Shown: piece after piece, positions 63,860 through 64,000 of the stretch | Layout of the letters: each line of letters begins with the position of its first letter | Numbering within the stretch: position 1 is the stretch's first letter | NCBI GenBank assembly: GCA_965649825.1 | Contig: OZ287707.1 | Span: 488,292 to 552,291 of the forward strand | DNA: 64,000 bases | Origin: Penicillus capitatus | Lineage: Eukaryota > Plantae > Chlorophyta | Direction of reading: 5' to 3' | Notes under the pieces: model-generated | Database searches by the model: none | The model's input: the letters and a program-made list of their open reading frames with translations, nothing else | What the model was told of the DNA's origin: nothing | Position numbers and translations under genes: made by a program

Positions 63860-64000
63860 AGGATACATGCTGCTCATACCGTTCTTTCACATCTCATCAC
63901 GAGCCCGAAACATGTCTGGTGATCAACCGACTCGCGCTACAGCGTCTTTTACCCGATTCTCGACAATGTTTATCTCCATAAGATGCCACAGCGCATGGCT

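Overview
Nuclear DNA from a very compact eukaryotic genome, most likely a chlorophyte green alga. Evidence: TGTAA-type polyadenylation signals, plastid- and mitochondrion-targeted proteins, flagellar genes, standard genetic code, and many 43-57 nt spliceosomal introns. I reconstructed about 30 protein-coding genes by hand from motifs and splice phases, plus tRNA-Leu(AAG) and an intronic U24 C/D snoRNA. All family assignments come from motif recognition; no database search was run. Strongest observation: a complete, intronless DUF1295 gene (60952-61914) lies inside a 1170-nt intron of a patatin-like phospholipase gene on the SAME strand and has its own TGTAA signal inside that intron, so one locus can yield two unrelated lipid-enzyme mRNAs. 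Other highlights: (i) a secreted animal-type heme peroxidase fused to an N-terminal SRPBCC/START-like domain; (ii) U24 snoRNA hosted in the pICln intron; (iii) divergent gene pairs whose ATGs are only 3-90 nt apart; (iv) tRNA-Leu 26 nt upstream of a plastid YlmH gene; (v) recurrent AAG acceptors, skipped YAGs and GC-AG introns; (vi) tail-to-tail CDS overlap; (vii) a spatacsin apparently lacking its N-terminal propeller. Positions 1-4100, 28100-28800, 32000-33480 and 36610-37620 remain largely unresolved.
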